This document shows positions 18,284 to 28,200 of a DNA stretch of 47,739 nt, piece by piece. Both the position numbers and the translations under genes were made by a program. The number at the start of each line of letters is the position of its first letter. Position 1 is the first letter of the stretch. This DNA is from Candidatus Zixiibacteriota bacterium (GTDB taxonomy: Bacteria > Zixibacteria > MSB-5A5 > GN15 > FEB-12): assembly GCA_024277795.1 (NCBI GenBank), contig JAJRUL010000033.1, positions 1-47,739 on the forward strand, in the 5' to 3' direction. Under the pieces are notes generated by a model. It was not told where the DNA came from. It made no database searches and saw nothing but the letters and a program-made list of their open reading frames with translations.

Positions 18284-21200
18284 ATGAAACGGTTGCTCTT
18301 TGTAGTACTCGGTTTGTCTGTCATGTGTTTTATGCAGGCATCAGCTCAAATCTCAAGTGGCGGAACACCCGTCAGTTTTACTCGTTCTGCAAAAACGAGT
18401 ATTCAATCAATTACAACAGCCTCAGTAGATCGTCAGGCTCTTTTAGCTGAAGATGAAATTGAGCAAGCGACAAAAGATGTTCCATACCGTTTCGGTTTTC
18501 CATTTGATGTACACTACAATTTAAGCAACTCAGGTACTTGGGAGACACTCCCTGATGGTACTCGTATGTGGCGCTTACGGATCGAGAGTAAAGGTGCATA
18601 TTCTATAAACTTGATATATGACGACTTCTGGCTTCCTGAGGGTGCCAAGTTCTTTGTCTATAATGCTGACAGGAGTATGGTACTTGGAGCTTTCACAAAC
18701 AAAAACAATAAGGATCACGGTAAATTCTCGACTGGTTTGGTCAAGGGGGATGTTTGTATCCTTGAATATACCGAACCGAAAGGGGTTAAAGCTCCCGGAC
18801 GTTTATCAATCGAACGTATAGTCCACGGTTATCGCAATCTATTTAACTGGCCAACAATGGAGCAGGCATTACGTTATAGCGGAGACTATTCTGAAGCCAC
18901 AGACTTTGGAGGATCCGGTTCTTGTAATAATAATGTAAATTGCCCTGAAGGTGATCCATGGCAGAATCAGACTCATGCTGTCGCGATGATTCTATCCTCG
19001 GGAGGTTTTCGTCTATGTTCAGGCTCGATGATCAATAATGTTCGTCAGGACAGGACACCATATTTCCTGACTGCAAATCACTGTGCAGGTGGCGAAGCGA
19101 CCTGGATTATCATGTTTAACTACGAAAGTCCGACGTGTGCTAACATAGACGGCCCTACATGGATGACAATATCGGGAACAACAAAAAGAGCATCCCGCTC
19201 TTTTTCTGATTTTATGCTTCTTGAGCTTAGTTCACAACCACCAGATTCATATAATGTCTATTATGCGGGTTGGAATGCGATAGATACGCCGTCTGATTCG
19301 GTAATAGGAATTCATCACCCTGCAGGTGATATAAAGAAAATCAGTTTCGACTATGATGCAACTACTTCAACATCATATTTGGGAACTTCTGTCCCAGGCG
19401 ATAACTCCCATTGGCGTATAGGACAATGGGAAGACGGAACGACTGAACCGGGCTCTTCAGGATCGCCGATCTTCAATCGCCAAGGCCAGATTATCGGCCA
19501 GCTTCATGGAGGATACGCTTCATGTAGTAGTATAACCTCAGATTATTATGGTAAAGTATCACGGTCTTGGGCAGATGGCGGTACACCGTCAACACAACTT
19601 AAAGACTGGCTTGATCCTGATAATACTGGTGTACTCCAATTGGGGGGATTAGGTGGCTCTGGAGTAAAAATCACTCATACTCCCCTCTTAGATACTCGTG
19701 ACACAGCCGTTGACTATGAAGTTTTGGCAACAATAGTATCGGATACGACACTTGTAGCAAACGCTCTTCTTCTCACCTATGAAATCAATGCTGTTCAAAC
19801 TTCGGCAACCTTACTCCCAACAGGCAACCCGGATGAGTTCAACGCTTTTATTCCTGCGCAATCACCTGGAACAATTGTTAGCTATTTCCTAACTGCTCTT
19901 GACGATGCAGGCGCCACAGACACAGCCGGTCTATTTACTTTTAGTGTTGCAGATAATTATGAAATGTCCCTTCTTCCACTTTCTCAATCGCAATACGGAC
20001 CCGCGGGCAATGATGCTATATTCTTGCTCACAATCCACAATCTTGGGCTACAGAATGATACCTATGACCTTGTCTCTTCTGGAGGTACCTGGACTGTAAG
20101 TTTCTTTGATGCTACTGGTACCACACCAATTACTTCGGTAGGACCAGTTGTAGCGACTGATTCAGCTCAATTTGTTGTCAAAATAGCTGTACCACCTGGA
20201 ACGCCAATGCTTGCTTCCGATGTTTCAACAATTACCGTCACATCACAAGGTGATCCATTGATTAGTGCAAATGCACAAGTAACTGCTCTCTCAGCAGGTA
20301 CCCCTGGAGGTTTCCCGTGGTATGAATCTTTTCCTACCAACAGTCTTAACAGTAATCGATGGATGACTAATATTGGTGGTGTAGTTTCAGACTCTGGTGT
20401 TGCTCCACCTTCAAGCCCGTACTCGTTGAATCTTGATGGAGGCAACGATACAGTAGTCACACAACTTATCGACGTAAGCGGACAAACTGGTGTTATTGTC
20501 TCTTATTATTATGAATTAGGCGGAGCAAGTGAACCACCTGATGCAGGCGATGATCTGGAATTGTGGTACTTGAATAATGTCGGCTCGTGGGTTTTGTTAC
20601 AGACCCATCTAGGTTCTGGAGCAACCATGAGCAACTTTGAGTTTGTTTCTGTCGGTTTACCTGCTGACGGACTTCACGCTGGCCTTCAACTTCGGTTTAC
20701 TACTGTTGGGTCGTGTATCGATTGCGATAATTGGTTTGTTGATGATATCCGTGTAGATTTTGCACCTGAAATATCAGTAACATCTCCATCCTATTCATTT
20801 ACCTTACCAGTTGAAGATTCTACAACTGATGTAATGACAATCGATAATATCGGGTTAGGTGGACTCTCGTATAGTCTTAGTGTAACATCGGTTACCACAC
20901 CAAAAAGAACATTGGTTGAAGAACTCATCAAGAATGGCCAAGCTGAGCCAGCTCGGAGGAAATATGATGAAGGTATTCTTGACTACAATGATTTCAAAGG
21001 AAGCGACGCACCTTTTGCAGGTTATCCTGTAACGAAAAGTGCAGGTGGACCAGACACCTACGGGTATGTCTGGATAGACTCTGATGAACCAGGTGGACCG
21101 ATATTTGCATGGCAAGATGTCAGTACTACCGGCACTGACATTGTAGCAGGTCTGGCAGATGATAACTACATCGGACCGTATGATTTAGGGTTCCCGTTCT

Positions 21201-22057
21201 CATTCTATGACAGCACATATACACAAGTTTATATTGGATCAAACGGTATCATTGGTTTTGATTCGGTAGGTATGAACTCCAGATTCAAAACTAGCCTCCC
21301 GTCTGCAACGACTCCAAATAACCTTATCGCTTGGCTCTGGGATGACCTGAATCCTACCGATGCAGATAATCCGAATGCTCATGTCTATATTGATACTACA
21401 GGTGGACGATGCGTGATCCAATTTGTCGATTACGCTGAATACGCAGCCGCTGCAGGTGAAGTTGTCAACGCTGAGGTTATTCTCTATCCTGATGGCAGAA
21501 TAACATATCAATATTTGACGATTGCCCCCGGTTTTGATATAGCAAACAACACTATCGGTCTTGAGAATGCCGATGGTACAGACGGTATTGAAGTCTCGTA
21601 CTTGACAACATATCTTCATGACAATCTGGCAATCGACTTCCTGCCTCCGGCACAATGGCTATCACTTGATATAACTTCTGGCTCATTGGTATCAGGTACT
21701 TCTGAAACTATTACTATGGGTGTAAAATCAGTCGGACTTGATACTGGCTATTATCAAGCTGAGATTGTTGTTACATCAAACGACCCAACTAATGGTCAAG
21801 TAATCATTCCAGTCGATTTAACAGTCAATCCTGTAAGCACATATATTTGCGGTGATATCAATGGAAGTGGAGCATTGCCTATAACCGTTGATGATCTCAC
21901 ATATCTGGTTGCATTTCTCTTTCAGGCGGGACCTCCTCCTCCTGAAATCGCTTCTGCTGACTGTAACGGCTCTGGAGGGATTATCAATGTTGACGATCTA
22001 ACATACTTAGTTGCTTACTTATTCCAAAGTGGACCACCGCCTATTTGTGGTACATGA
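18284..22057 (+). CDS. Secreted S1 serine protease, lysyl endopeptidase (Achromobacter protease I)-like, with accessory beta-domains and a C-terminal dockerin-like domain
   Basis: Signal peptide and propeptide; TANHC, DFMLL and TEPGSSGSP triad; IHHP, GQLHGG and SDYYG as in API; C-terminal GDINGSG..TVDDLTYLVAFLF duplicated. Confidence 0.9.
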   Translation: MKRLLFVVLGLSVMCFMQASAQISSGGTPVSFTRSAKTSIQSITTASVDRQALLAEDEIEQATKDVPYRFGFPFDVHYNLSNSGTWETLPDGTRMWRLRIESKGAYSINLIYDDFWLPEGAKFFVYNADRSMVLGAFTNKNNKDHGKFSTGLVKGDVCILEYTEPKGVKAPGRLSIERIVHGYRNLFNWPTMEQALRYSGDYSEATDFGGSGSCNNNVNCPEGDPWQNQTHAVAMILSSGGFRLCSGSMINNVRQDRTPYFLTANHCAGGEATWIIMFNYESPTCANIDGPTWMTISGTTKRASRSFSDFMLLELSSQPPDSYNVYYAGWNAIDTPSDSVIGIHHPAGDIKKISFDYDATTSTSYLGTSVPGDNSHWRIGQWEDGTTEPGSSGSPIFNRQGQIIGQLHGGYASCSSITSDYYGKVSRSWADGGTPSTQLKDWLDPDNTGVLQLGGLGGSGVKITHTPLLDTRDTAVDYEVLATIVSDTTLVANALLLTYEINAVQTSATLLPTGNPDEFNAFIPAQSPGTIVSYFLTALDDAGATDTAGLFTFSVADNYEMSLLPLSQSQYGPAGNDAIFLLTIHNLGLQNDTYDLVSSGGTWTVSFFDATGTTPITSVGPVVATDSAQFVVKIAVPPGTPMLASDVSTITVTSQGDPLISANAQVTALSAGTPGGFPWYESFPTNSLNSNRWMTNIGGVVSDSGVAPPSSPYSLNLDGGNDTVVTQLIDVSGQTGVIVSYYYELGGASEPPDAGDDLELWYLNNVGSWVLLQTHLGSGATMSNFEFVSVGLPADGLHAGLQLRFTTVGSCIDCDNWFVDDIRVDFAPEISVTSPSYSFTLPVEDSTTDVMTIDNIGLGGLSYSLSVTSVTTPKRTLVEELIKNGQAEPARRKYDEGILDYNDFKGSDAPFAGYPVTKSAGGPDTYGYVWIDSDEPGGPIFAWQDVSTTGTDIVAGLADDNYIGPYDLGFPFSFYDSTYTQVYIGSNGIIGFDSVGMNSRFKTSLPSATTPNNLIAWLWDDLNPTDADNPNAHVYIDTTGGRCVIQFVDYAEYAAAAGEVVNAEVILYPDGRITYQYLTIAPGFDIANNTIGLENADGTDGIEVSYLTTYLHDNLAIDFLPPAQWLSLDITSGSLVSGTSETITMGVKSVGLDTGYYQAEIVVTSNDPTNGQVIIPVDLTVNPVSTYICGDINGSGALPITVDDLTYLVAFLFQAGPPPPEIASADCNGSGGIINVDDLTYLVAYLFQSGPPPICGT

Positions 22058-22088
22058 TTTGTTTCGAAAAATATGAGAAAAACAATCG

Positions 22089-24764
22089 ATGATTAAGAAA
22101 AGAATAATGTTGTGTATGTTAATAGCATTGGGAGCGTGTTTTTACACGCTCCCAGTTGCTGTTGAAGCGGGAGAGTACTACATCCAATTTGAGATCGACT
22201 CAAAGGAAGATCTAACAAAACTAACCCGCATACTATCAATCGATAATGTCAATGGATTGGTTGTTCGCGCATATGCGAATGATCGTGAATTGGCTGACTT
22301 TGAACAACTCGGCTACAAATATGATCAACTCCCTCATCCAGGGACACTGATATCACCGACAATGAGTTCAACTCTCAAGGCGGCCTACCTGTTCAATACA
22401 TATCCTACTTACGAAGTATATGATTCGCTGATGTGGAAATTTGCCACCGATTATCCGTCACTTTGCCAAGTGATGTCTGTTGGCACAACTGTTCAGGGAC
22501 GTGATATCCTCTTTGCCAAGATATCCACAAATGTCAACATCGAAGAGAATGAACCTGAAGTACTTTACAGTTCTACAATGCACGGTGATGAAACTGCAGG
22601 GTTTGTTTTGACTCTTCGTTTGATTGACTACTTGTTATCGAATTATGGCACAGATACTCAAGTCACCAATATGCTCGACAATCTTGAAATCTGGATCAAC
22701 CCAAACGCAAACCCAGACGGTACGTACAACAGCGGGAACCATACCGTAAATGGTGCGACACGATACAATGCGAACAGTGTTGATCTAAACAGGAATTTCC
22801 CTGATCCGCAAGATGGCCCGCACCCTGATGGCAACGGGTATCAGAATGAATCAATAGCGATGATGAACTTGGCTGATGCACACCGTTTTGTAATATCAGC
22901 AAACTTTCATGGTGGAGCAGAAGTCGTCAACTACCCATGGGATACATGGTCAAAACGACATGCTGATGACAACTGGTATCAGACTATCTCCCATATGTAC
23001 GCTGATACTGCTCAAGCATACAGCCCTGCATCCTATATGAGTGGTTTTACTGACGGTATTACAAACGGTTGGGATTGGTATGAAGTCAATGGTGGCCGTC
23101 AAGATTACATGAACGCCAAGCATAATTGCCGTGAAATTACAGTTGAATTATCAAATACAAAACTGCTCCCCGAAAGTCAGCTCGACAATCATTGGACATA
23201 TAATCGGGTCGCCCTGCTGAACTATTTTGAGAACGCACTCTATGGTATTAAGGGGCTGGTAACTGATGCCCAAACTGGACTCCCTCTCCCTGCTGTTGTA
23301 ACAATTCTCAATCATGATTCAGACAGCTCGTTCGTTCAAACAGATCCCGATGTTGGTGATTACCATCGCATGATTGCGGCAGGTACCTATGACCTTCAGT
23401 TCACGTCCCCGGGCTATGTTTCTCAAACGATCTTCGGAGTTGTTGCTAACGATGGAGCAGTTACAACTCTGGATGTCCAGCTACAACCTCTCAGTTCGGA
23501 TCCCGTACTATCTTTTGTATCCCACGATCTCACATCAGTACAACCAGGGACATCAGTCTCTATAAATGTTACCATACAAAATGCAGGTGGCGGACCTGCA
23601 ACAAATGTAGCAGGAGTTCTCTCTACAACTGATACGTATGTTACTATCACACAGAATACGAGTACATACCCAACAATTCCTGCTCTTACAGGTCAGGGAA
23701 CGACAATCACGCCGTACCAATTCGATATTGCATCTAACTGTCCGACTGGCCATGTAGTACAATTTGTAGAACATATAACAGCTGACGGCGGGTATACAGA
23801 TTCTATAATGTTTTCGCTTACTGTCGGTTTGGCTATAGAGGACTTTGAATCTAATGGTTTCACAACTTTTCCGTGGCAACAATCTGGTAATGCGAACTGG
23901 GTAACGGTTAGTGACATAGTCTTTGATGGTACCTATAGCGCAAAATCGGGAACTATTACTGATAATCAATCATCAATACTATCAGTAGTTATGGCTGATC
24001 GAATAGCAGGTAATCTTATCTTTAATTACAAGGTCTCATCAGAATCAAGTTATGATTTCCTCAGGTTGTATATTGATGGTTCACAGGTTATAAACTGGTC
24101 AGGGAACATAGACTGGACTGAATACACCTACGCATTGAGTGCAGGTACCCATACAATAGAGTTTAGATACACGAAAGATGGATCAGTCTCAGCAGGATCA
24201 GATGCTGCCTGGATAGACAATATCACATTCCCGCTAGCTAATCAGGACCCCGATGGTGATGGAATCCCATCAGACATAGACAACTGTCCTAATGTATATA
24301 ATCCTAGTCAAACAGATACTGATTCTGACACAGTCGGTGATCTTTGCGATAACTGCCCAACTGTCAGTAATACAAACCAAACTGACAGCGATTCTGACAC
24401 AATAGGCGATCTTTGTGATAACTGCCCAAATGTCAGCAATACAAGCCAAACTGACACTGATTCCGACACAGTTGGTGATCTATGTGATAACTGCCCGAAC
24501 GATCCGAACCCAGGTCAAGAGGACACAGACTTGGATGGGATTGGTGATGTTTGCGATCTCCTATGTGGTGATATCAACCTTGATGGTTTAATAGCAGTTG
24601 ACGATGTAACGTATTTTGTCAATTACTTATTCAAAGGTGGACCAGAACCTCCGAATAAGTCATTAGCAGAAATTGATGGAACTGCACCAATAACTGTTGC
24701 TGATTTAACAGTCTTGGTCTCTTATCTTTTCCAAGGTGGTCCACAACCGACTTGTACGCTGTAA
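22089..24764 (+). CDS. Secreted M14 zinc carboxypeptidase with a regulatory-like domain, TSP3 repeats and a C-terminal dockerin-like domain
   Basis: HGDE (HxxE), NPDG, DLNRNF, NFHGG, YPWD and EITVELS motifs; GIKGLVTD..TG regulatory domain; DNCP repeats; GDINLDG...LFKGGPEP. Confidence 0.93.
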   Translation: MIKKRIMLCMLIALGACFYTLPVAVEAGEYYIQFEIDSKEDLTKLTRILSIDNVNGLVVRAYANDRELADFEQLGYKYDQLPHPGTLISPTMSSTLKAAYLFNTYPTYEVYDSLMWKFATDYPSLCQVMSVGTTVQGRDILFAKISTNVNIEENEPEVLYSSTMHGDETAGFVLTLRLIDYLLSNYGTDTQVTNMLDNLEIWINPNANPDGTYNSGNHTVNGATRYNANSVDLNRNFPDPQDGPHPDGNGYQNESIAMMNLADAHRFVISANFHGGAEVVNYPWDTWSKRHADDNWYQTISHMYADTAQAYSPASYMSGFTDGITNGWDWYEVNGGRQDYMNAKHNCREITVELSNTKLLPESQLDNHWTYNRVALLNYFENALYGIKGLVTDAQTGLPLPAVVTILNHDSDSSFVQTDPDVGDYHRMIAAGTYDLQFTSPGYVSQTIFGVVANDGAVTTLDVQLQPLSSDPVLSFVSHDLTSVQPGTSVSINVTIQNAGGGPATNVAGVLSTTDTYVTITQNTSTYPTIPALTGQGTTITPYQFDIASNCPTGHVVQFVEHITADGGYTDSIMFSLTVGLAIEDFESNGFTTFPWQQSGNANWVTVSDIVFDGTYSAKSGTITDNQSSILSVVMADRIAGNLIFNYKVSSESSYDFLRLYIDGSQVINWSGNIDWTEYTYALSAGTHTIEFRYTKDGSVSAGSDAAWIDNITFPLANQDPDGDGIPSDIDNCPNVYNPSQTDTDSDTVGDLCDNCPTVSNTNQTDSDSDTIGDLCDNCPNVSNTSQTDTDSDTVGDLCDNCPNDPNPGQEDTDLDGIGDVCDLLCGDINLDGLIAVDDVTYFVNYLFKGGPEPPNKSLAEIDGTAPITVADLTVLVSYLFQGGPQPTCTL
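24246..24557 (+). repeat. Thrombospondin type-3 (Ca-binding) coding repeats with a 69-nt period
   Basis: DNCP..xN..QTDxDSDTxGDLC repeated four times. Confidence 0.9.
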
Positions 24765-24785
24765 CCACCACTTTGTGACTTATAT

Positions 24786-24819
24786 CAGCAATGTGACTGT
24801 TGCGTCACATTGCTGTTTT
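24786..24819 (+). terminator. Intrinsic terminator
   Basis: CAGCAATGTGAC-tgttgc-GTCACATTGCTG-TTTT, 21 nt after the stop codon. Confidence 0.9.
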
Positions 24820-24921
24820 CGTTCAGTATCCATCGTACAGTGACACTGTACAAAACTCCTTGTATATTTATGAGAATCAGCGGTAAACATGACTTTTTAC
24901 ATTGGTTTTGGTGCTATTTAC

Positions 24922-24950
24922 TTGACATTACGATTGTAGAATAGTAGATT
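24922..24950 (+). promoter_or_regulatory. sigma70 promoter for the 1,347-aa protein
   Basis: TTGACA-N17-TAGATT. Confidence 0.6.
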
Positions 24951-25215
24951 TCTGATACAATCAAAGACAAAGTCTGATACATATATAAGATAACCGATTG
25001 CTCAGTTGATGGACGACATTCGCACTATGCGGATGAAACAGAGGTAACCCGGGTCAGTATGAATTCTTATTCATTTTTTCATTCAATAATCACCAATAGC
25101 ACTATTGAGGTAAGGAGGTAGTACGCGTAGGACAATTAACGGTGCGACATAATCCACTATAGTCGCATAAATCTGCAGGTAACTAACACACAACATTCTC
25201 CTGGGAGGATTGTTA

Positions 25216-28200
25216 ATGTTCAAAAACAAAAGTAAAGTGCGAATCGTTCTTGTACTGGTATTGGTAGGCTTGTGTAGTGCACTAGCCCTCTATGCTGGTA
25301 TTGACCGTGAGCTTGATAAGGAAATGCGAGCCGCACAGCTAGAAGCCAGATCTTCAGCGACAATCAGCAGAAATGCTGAAGTCGATCCTGATGTATTGGC
25401 AAAGCAACAAATGATTCTTGATGAGCAGGTAAAACTCGAAGCAGAGCTTGCCAATGCTCAAAATGTATTAAAAAGCAAAAAAGATGAATGGCGTCCTGGC
25501 AAAGATGCGATGAGGACCAAGGATGAGATTGCATCATTAAAAGCTCGCCTTTCTCTCTCAGGTCACCCATCGATTAAACGCAGTCCTTCATCAATCTTCG
25601 TTAGTGAAGATTTTGAAGGGGCAACGTTCCCACCTCCAATGTGGGATACAATCAATACCGACCCGGGTTATGGCTTTTTTCAAACAAGTTGGACAGGTGG
25701 AGGCACACAAGGTGCTTTTGTAACGTGGCATGCGGCTGGATTCATTCAAGATGAATGGCTACTCACGCCACCACTCAATGTCTCAACGGCAAATCCTGCT
25801 GAACTTAAGATCGAGTTCTGGATGCTCAAAGGATATACATATCCACATGACTTCAAAGTCTATGTTGATGCAGGAGCAGGAATGGTTGAAGTCTGGGATG
25901 CGGCATCAGTTGCATATCCTGATTTCCAATGGTATGCCGTTTCGATTCCTATTGGTGCTTATGCCGGTGGATCTGACATTGTAGTCGGCTTCCAATACTA
26001 CGGAGAAGATGCCGATCTATTTGGTCTTGATGATATCTCTATCAATGATGATGTCGTTGTCACACCAACAGGTCGTTGCTGTTCAGGTGATCCTGCATCT
26101 CCAACCTGTACTGATGGATTGACCCAAGCTGAATGTACAGCCCTGAGTGGTGCATGGCAGGAAGGTGCAGATTGTGCATCTAGCCCGTGTCCTCTCCCGG
26201 GTGGTAATGATGAATGTGTCAATGCTGAATATATCGCCGGTCCATACCCAACTTCAGTGAGTGGCACAACAGTTGGTGCTACAATTGATTGCCCTGGTGA
26301 TCCTGATATTGGTGATTGGGATGCTGTATGGTATGAAATCGAATTACCATATGCAGTGAATAACGTAGTAATTGATTACTGTGGTACAGCAGTATCACCG
26401 CCAACTATTAGTGCAACTCTGTTCACATCTTGCACCTGTGATGCGGCTGCTCGCATCTATTTTGATGACGGTGCTTATGTTGATTGTGGTGACGGTGTCG
26501 GTACACCTGTGATCGGTTGGAATGGTGTCCCTGGACCGGGAACTATTTATTACGCAGTATGGACAGGTGGTGTGAAGGCCGATATGCGTGCTCAGCAAGC
26601 CTTCACGTTCACAGTTGATATCACAGAACCACCTCCTGCACCAGCCAATGATGACTGTGCTACCGCTCAAGAAGTTTCCGATGTTGTTGACCTTGCATTC
26701 TCTACAACAACAGCAACTGCTGACGGTGCTGGTTATACAACTGGACCAAATATCTGGTATGCTTATACTGCAACATGTGACGGCAATGCAACAGTTAGTC
26801 TTTGTGGATCAACATACGACACAAAAATAGCTGCTTACGATGGTGTCACTTGTAGTCCATTGGGAACGATGTTGTCATCTAATGATGACTTCTGTTCTCT
26901 TCAGTCGGAGATCACATTCCCTGTTGTTGCCGGCAATCAATATCTCATTGAGGTTGGTGGATACAGTACGTCTGCAGGCGACGGTCTTCTGAACATAAGT
27001 TGTGCAGCTGGTGGTGGTGGATCTCCGGGAGATAATTGTAGCAACCCGCTTAAGATCGACATCCCGGCCCTGCCATACTCAGATATTGGTCAAACGACAT
27101 GTGGTCGTGGCAATTCATACGAAGACCCGTCCGATGCTATCTGTATGGGATATTACACGAGTGGTGAAGATATCTTCTATGAAGTCACTGTCACCTCAAC
27201 TATTCAAGTCTATATCACACTCGACCCGAAAGGTACTTCATATGCAGGTATGGGATTATTCACATCCTGCCCGCCTTCATTGACGAACTGTGTGGACTTT
27301 GTTACAAGTTCATCGAGTTCACCAAAATCAATGAATTGTGTAAGTCTTGATCCTGGTGTCTACTATTTGATGATTGATACGTGGGCATCACCGAACTGTA
27401 TACCAGACTTTGATCTGACAATCACGGAAGCTACCGGTTGCGGTGGCGGTGGTGGACCTGAAAATGATGATTGTGCCAATGCCACACCTGTTGGTAATGT
27501 AGTTGACTTAGCTTTCAATACTGACGCAGCTTCCTACGACGGTACTGGAACTTGTCTTTCATCACCAAACATTTGGTATGTATACACAGCGACCTGTGAC
27601 GGTGAAGTTGTTGTAAGTCTTTGTGGTTCTGGTTACGACACAAAGTTAGCCGCGTATGATGGCGGAACATGCGGTTCCCCAGAACTTGCTTGTAATGATG
27701 ATTTCTGCAGTCTTCAATCTGAAGTGTCATTTATTGCAGTAGCTGGTAATCAGTATCTGATAGAAGTTGGCGGTTATGCTTCGAGTACAGGCTCAGGTAT
27801 ACTCAATATTACCTGTTCTGATCCGTGTAAGGTCGACTGTCCTCCAGGTGCTATCACAGAAAGTGAAGCATGTGGTGCTGACGAAAACGGTGGTTGTAAC
27901 TCAACAGTACCTGCTTTCCAGACGATTGAATGCGGTCAGCCAATCTGTGGAACAGCATGGGCAGATGCAGGTAGCCGTGACACTGACTGGTTAGAGTTTA
28001 CACTTACTACAAACTCTGAAGTTACATGGACTGCTGTTGCCGAATTCCCATTGGCCACAGGATTCATTGAGACAACATCTCCCGGCTCAATTGACTGTTC
28101 AAACATTACCGGATCTATCAATCCATTTGCTAGCACAAACCCATGTGACACTGCTGTTGTAACAACAGTGCTCCCACCGGGAACGCATTGGATATTTGTC

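Noticed and set aside
25000-25050. Hammerhead-like core (..GACGA-stem-GAAAC)
   Set aside because: It lacks the CUGAnGA core and the flanking stems I/III.
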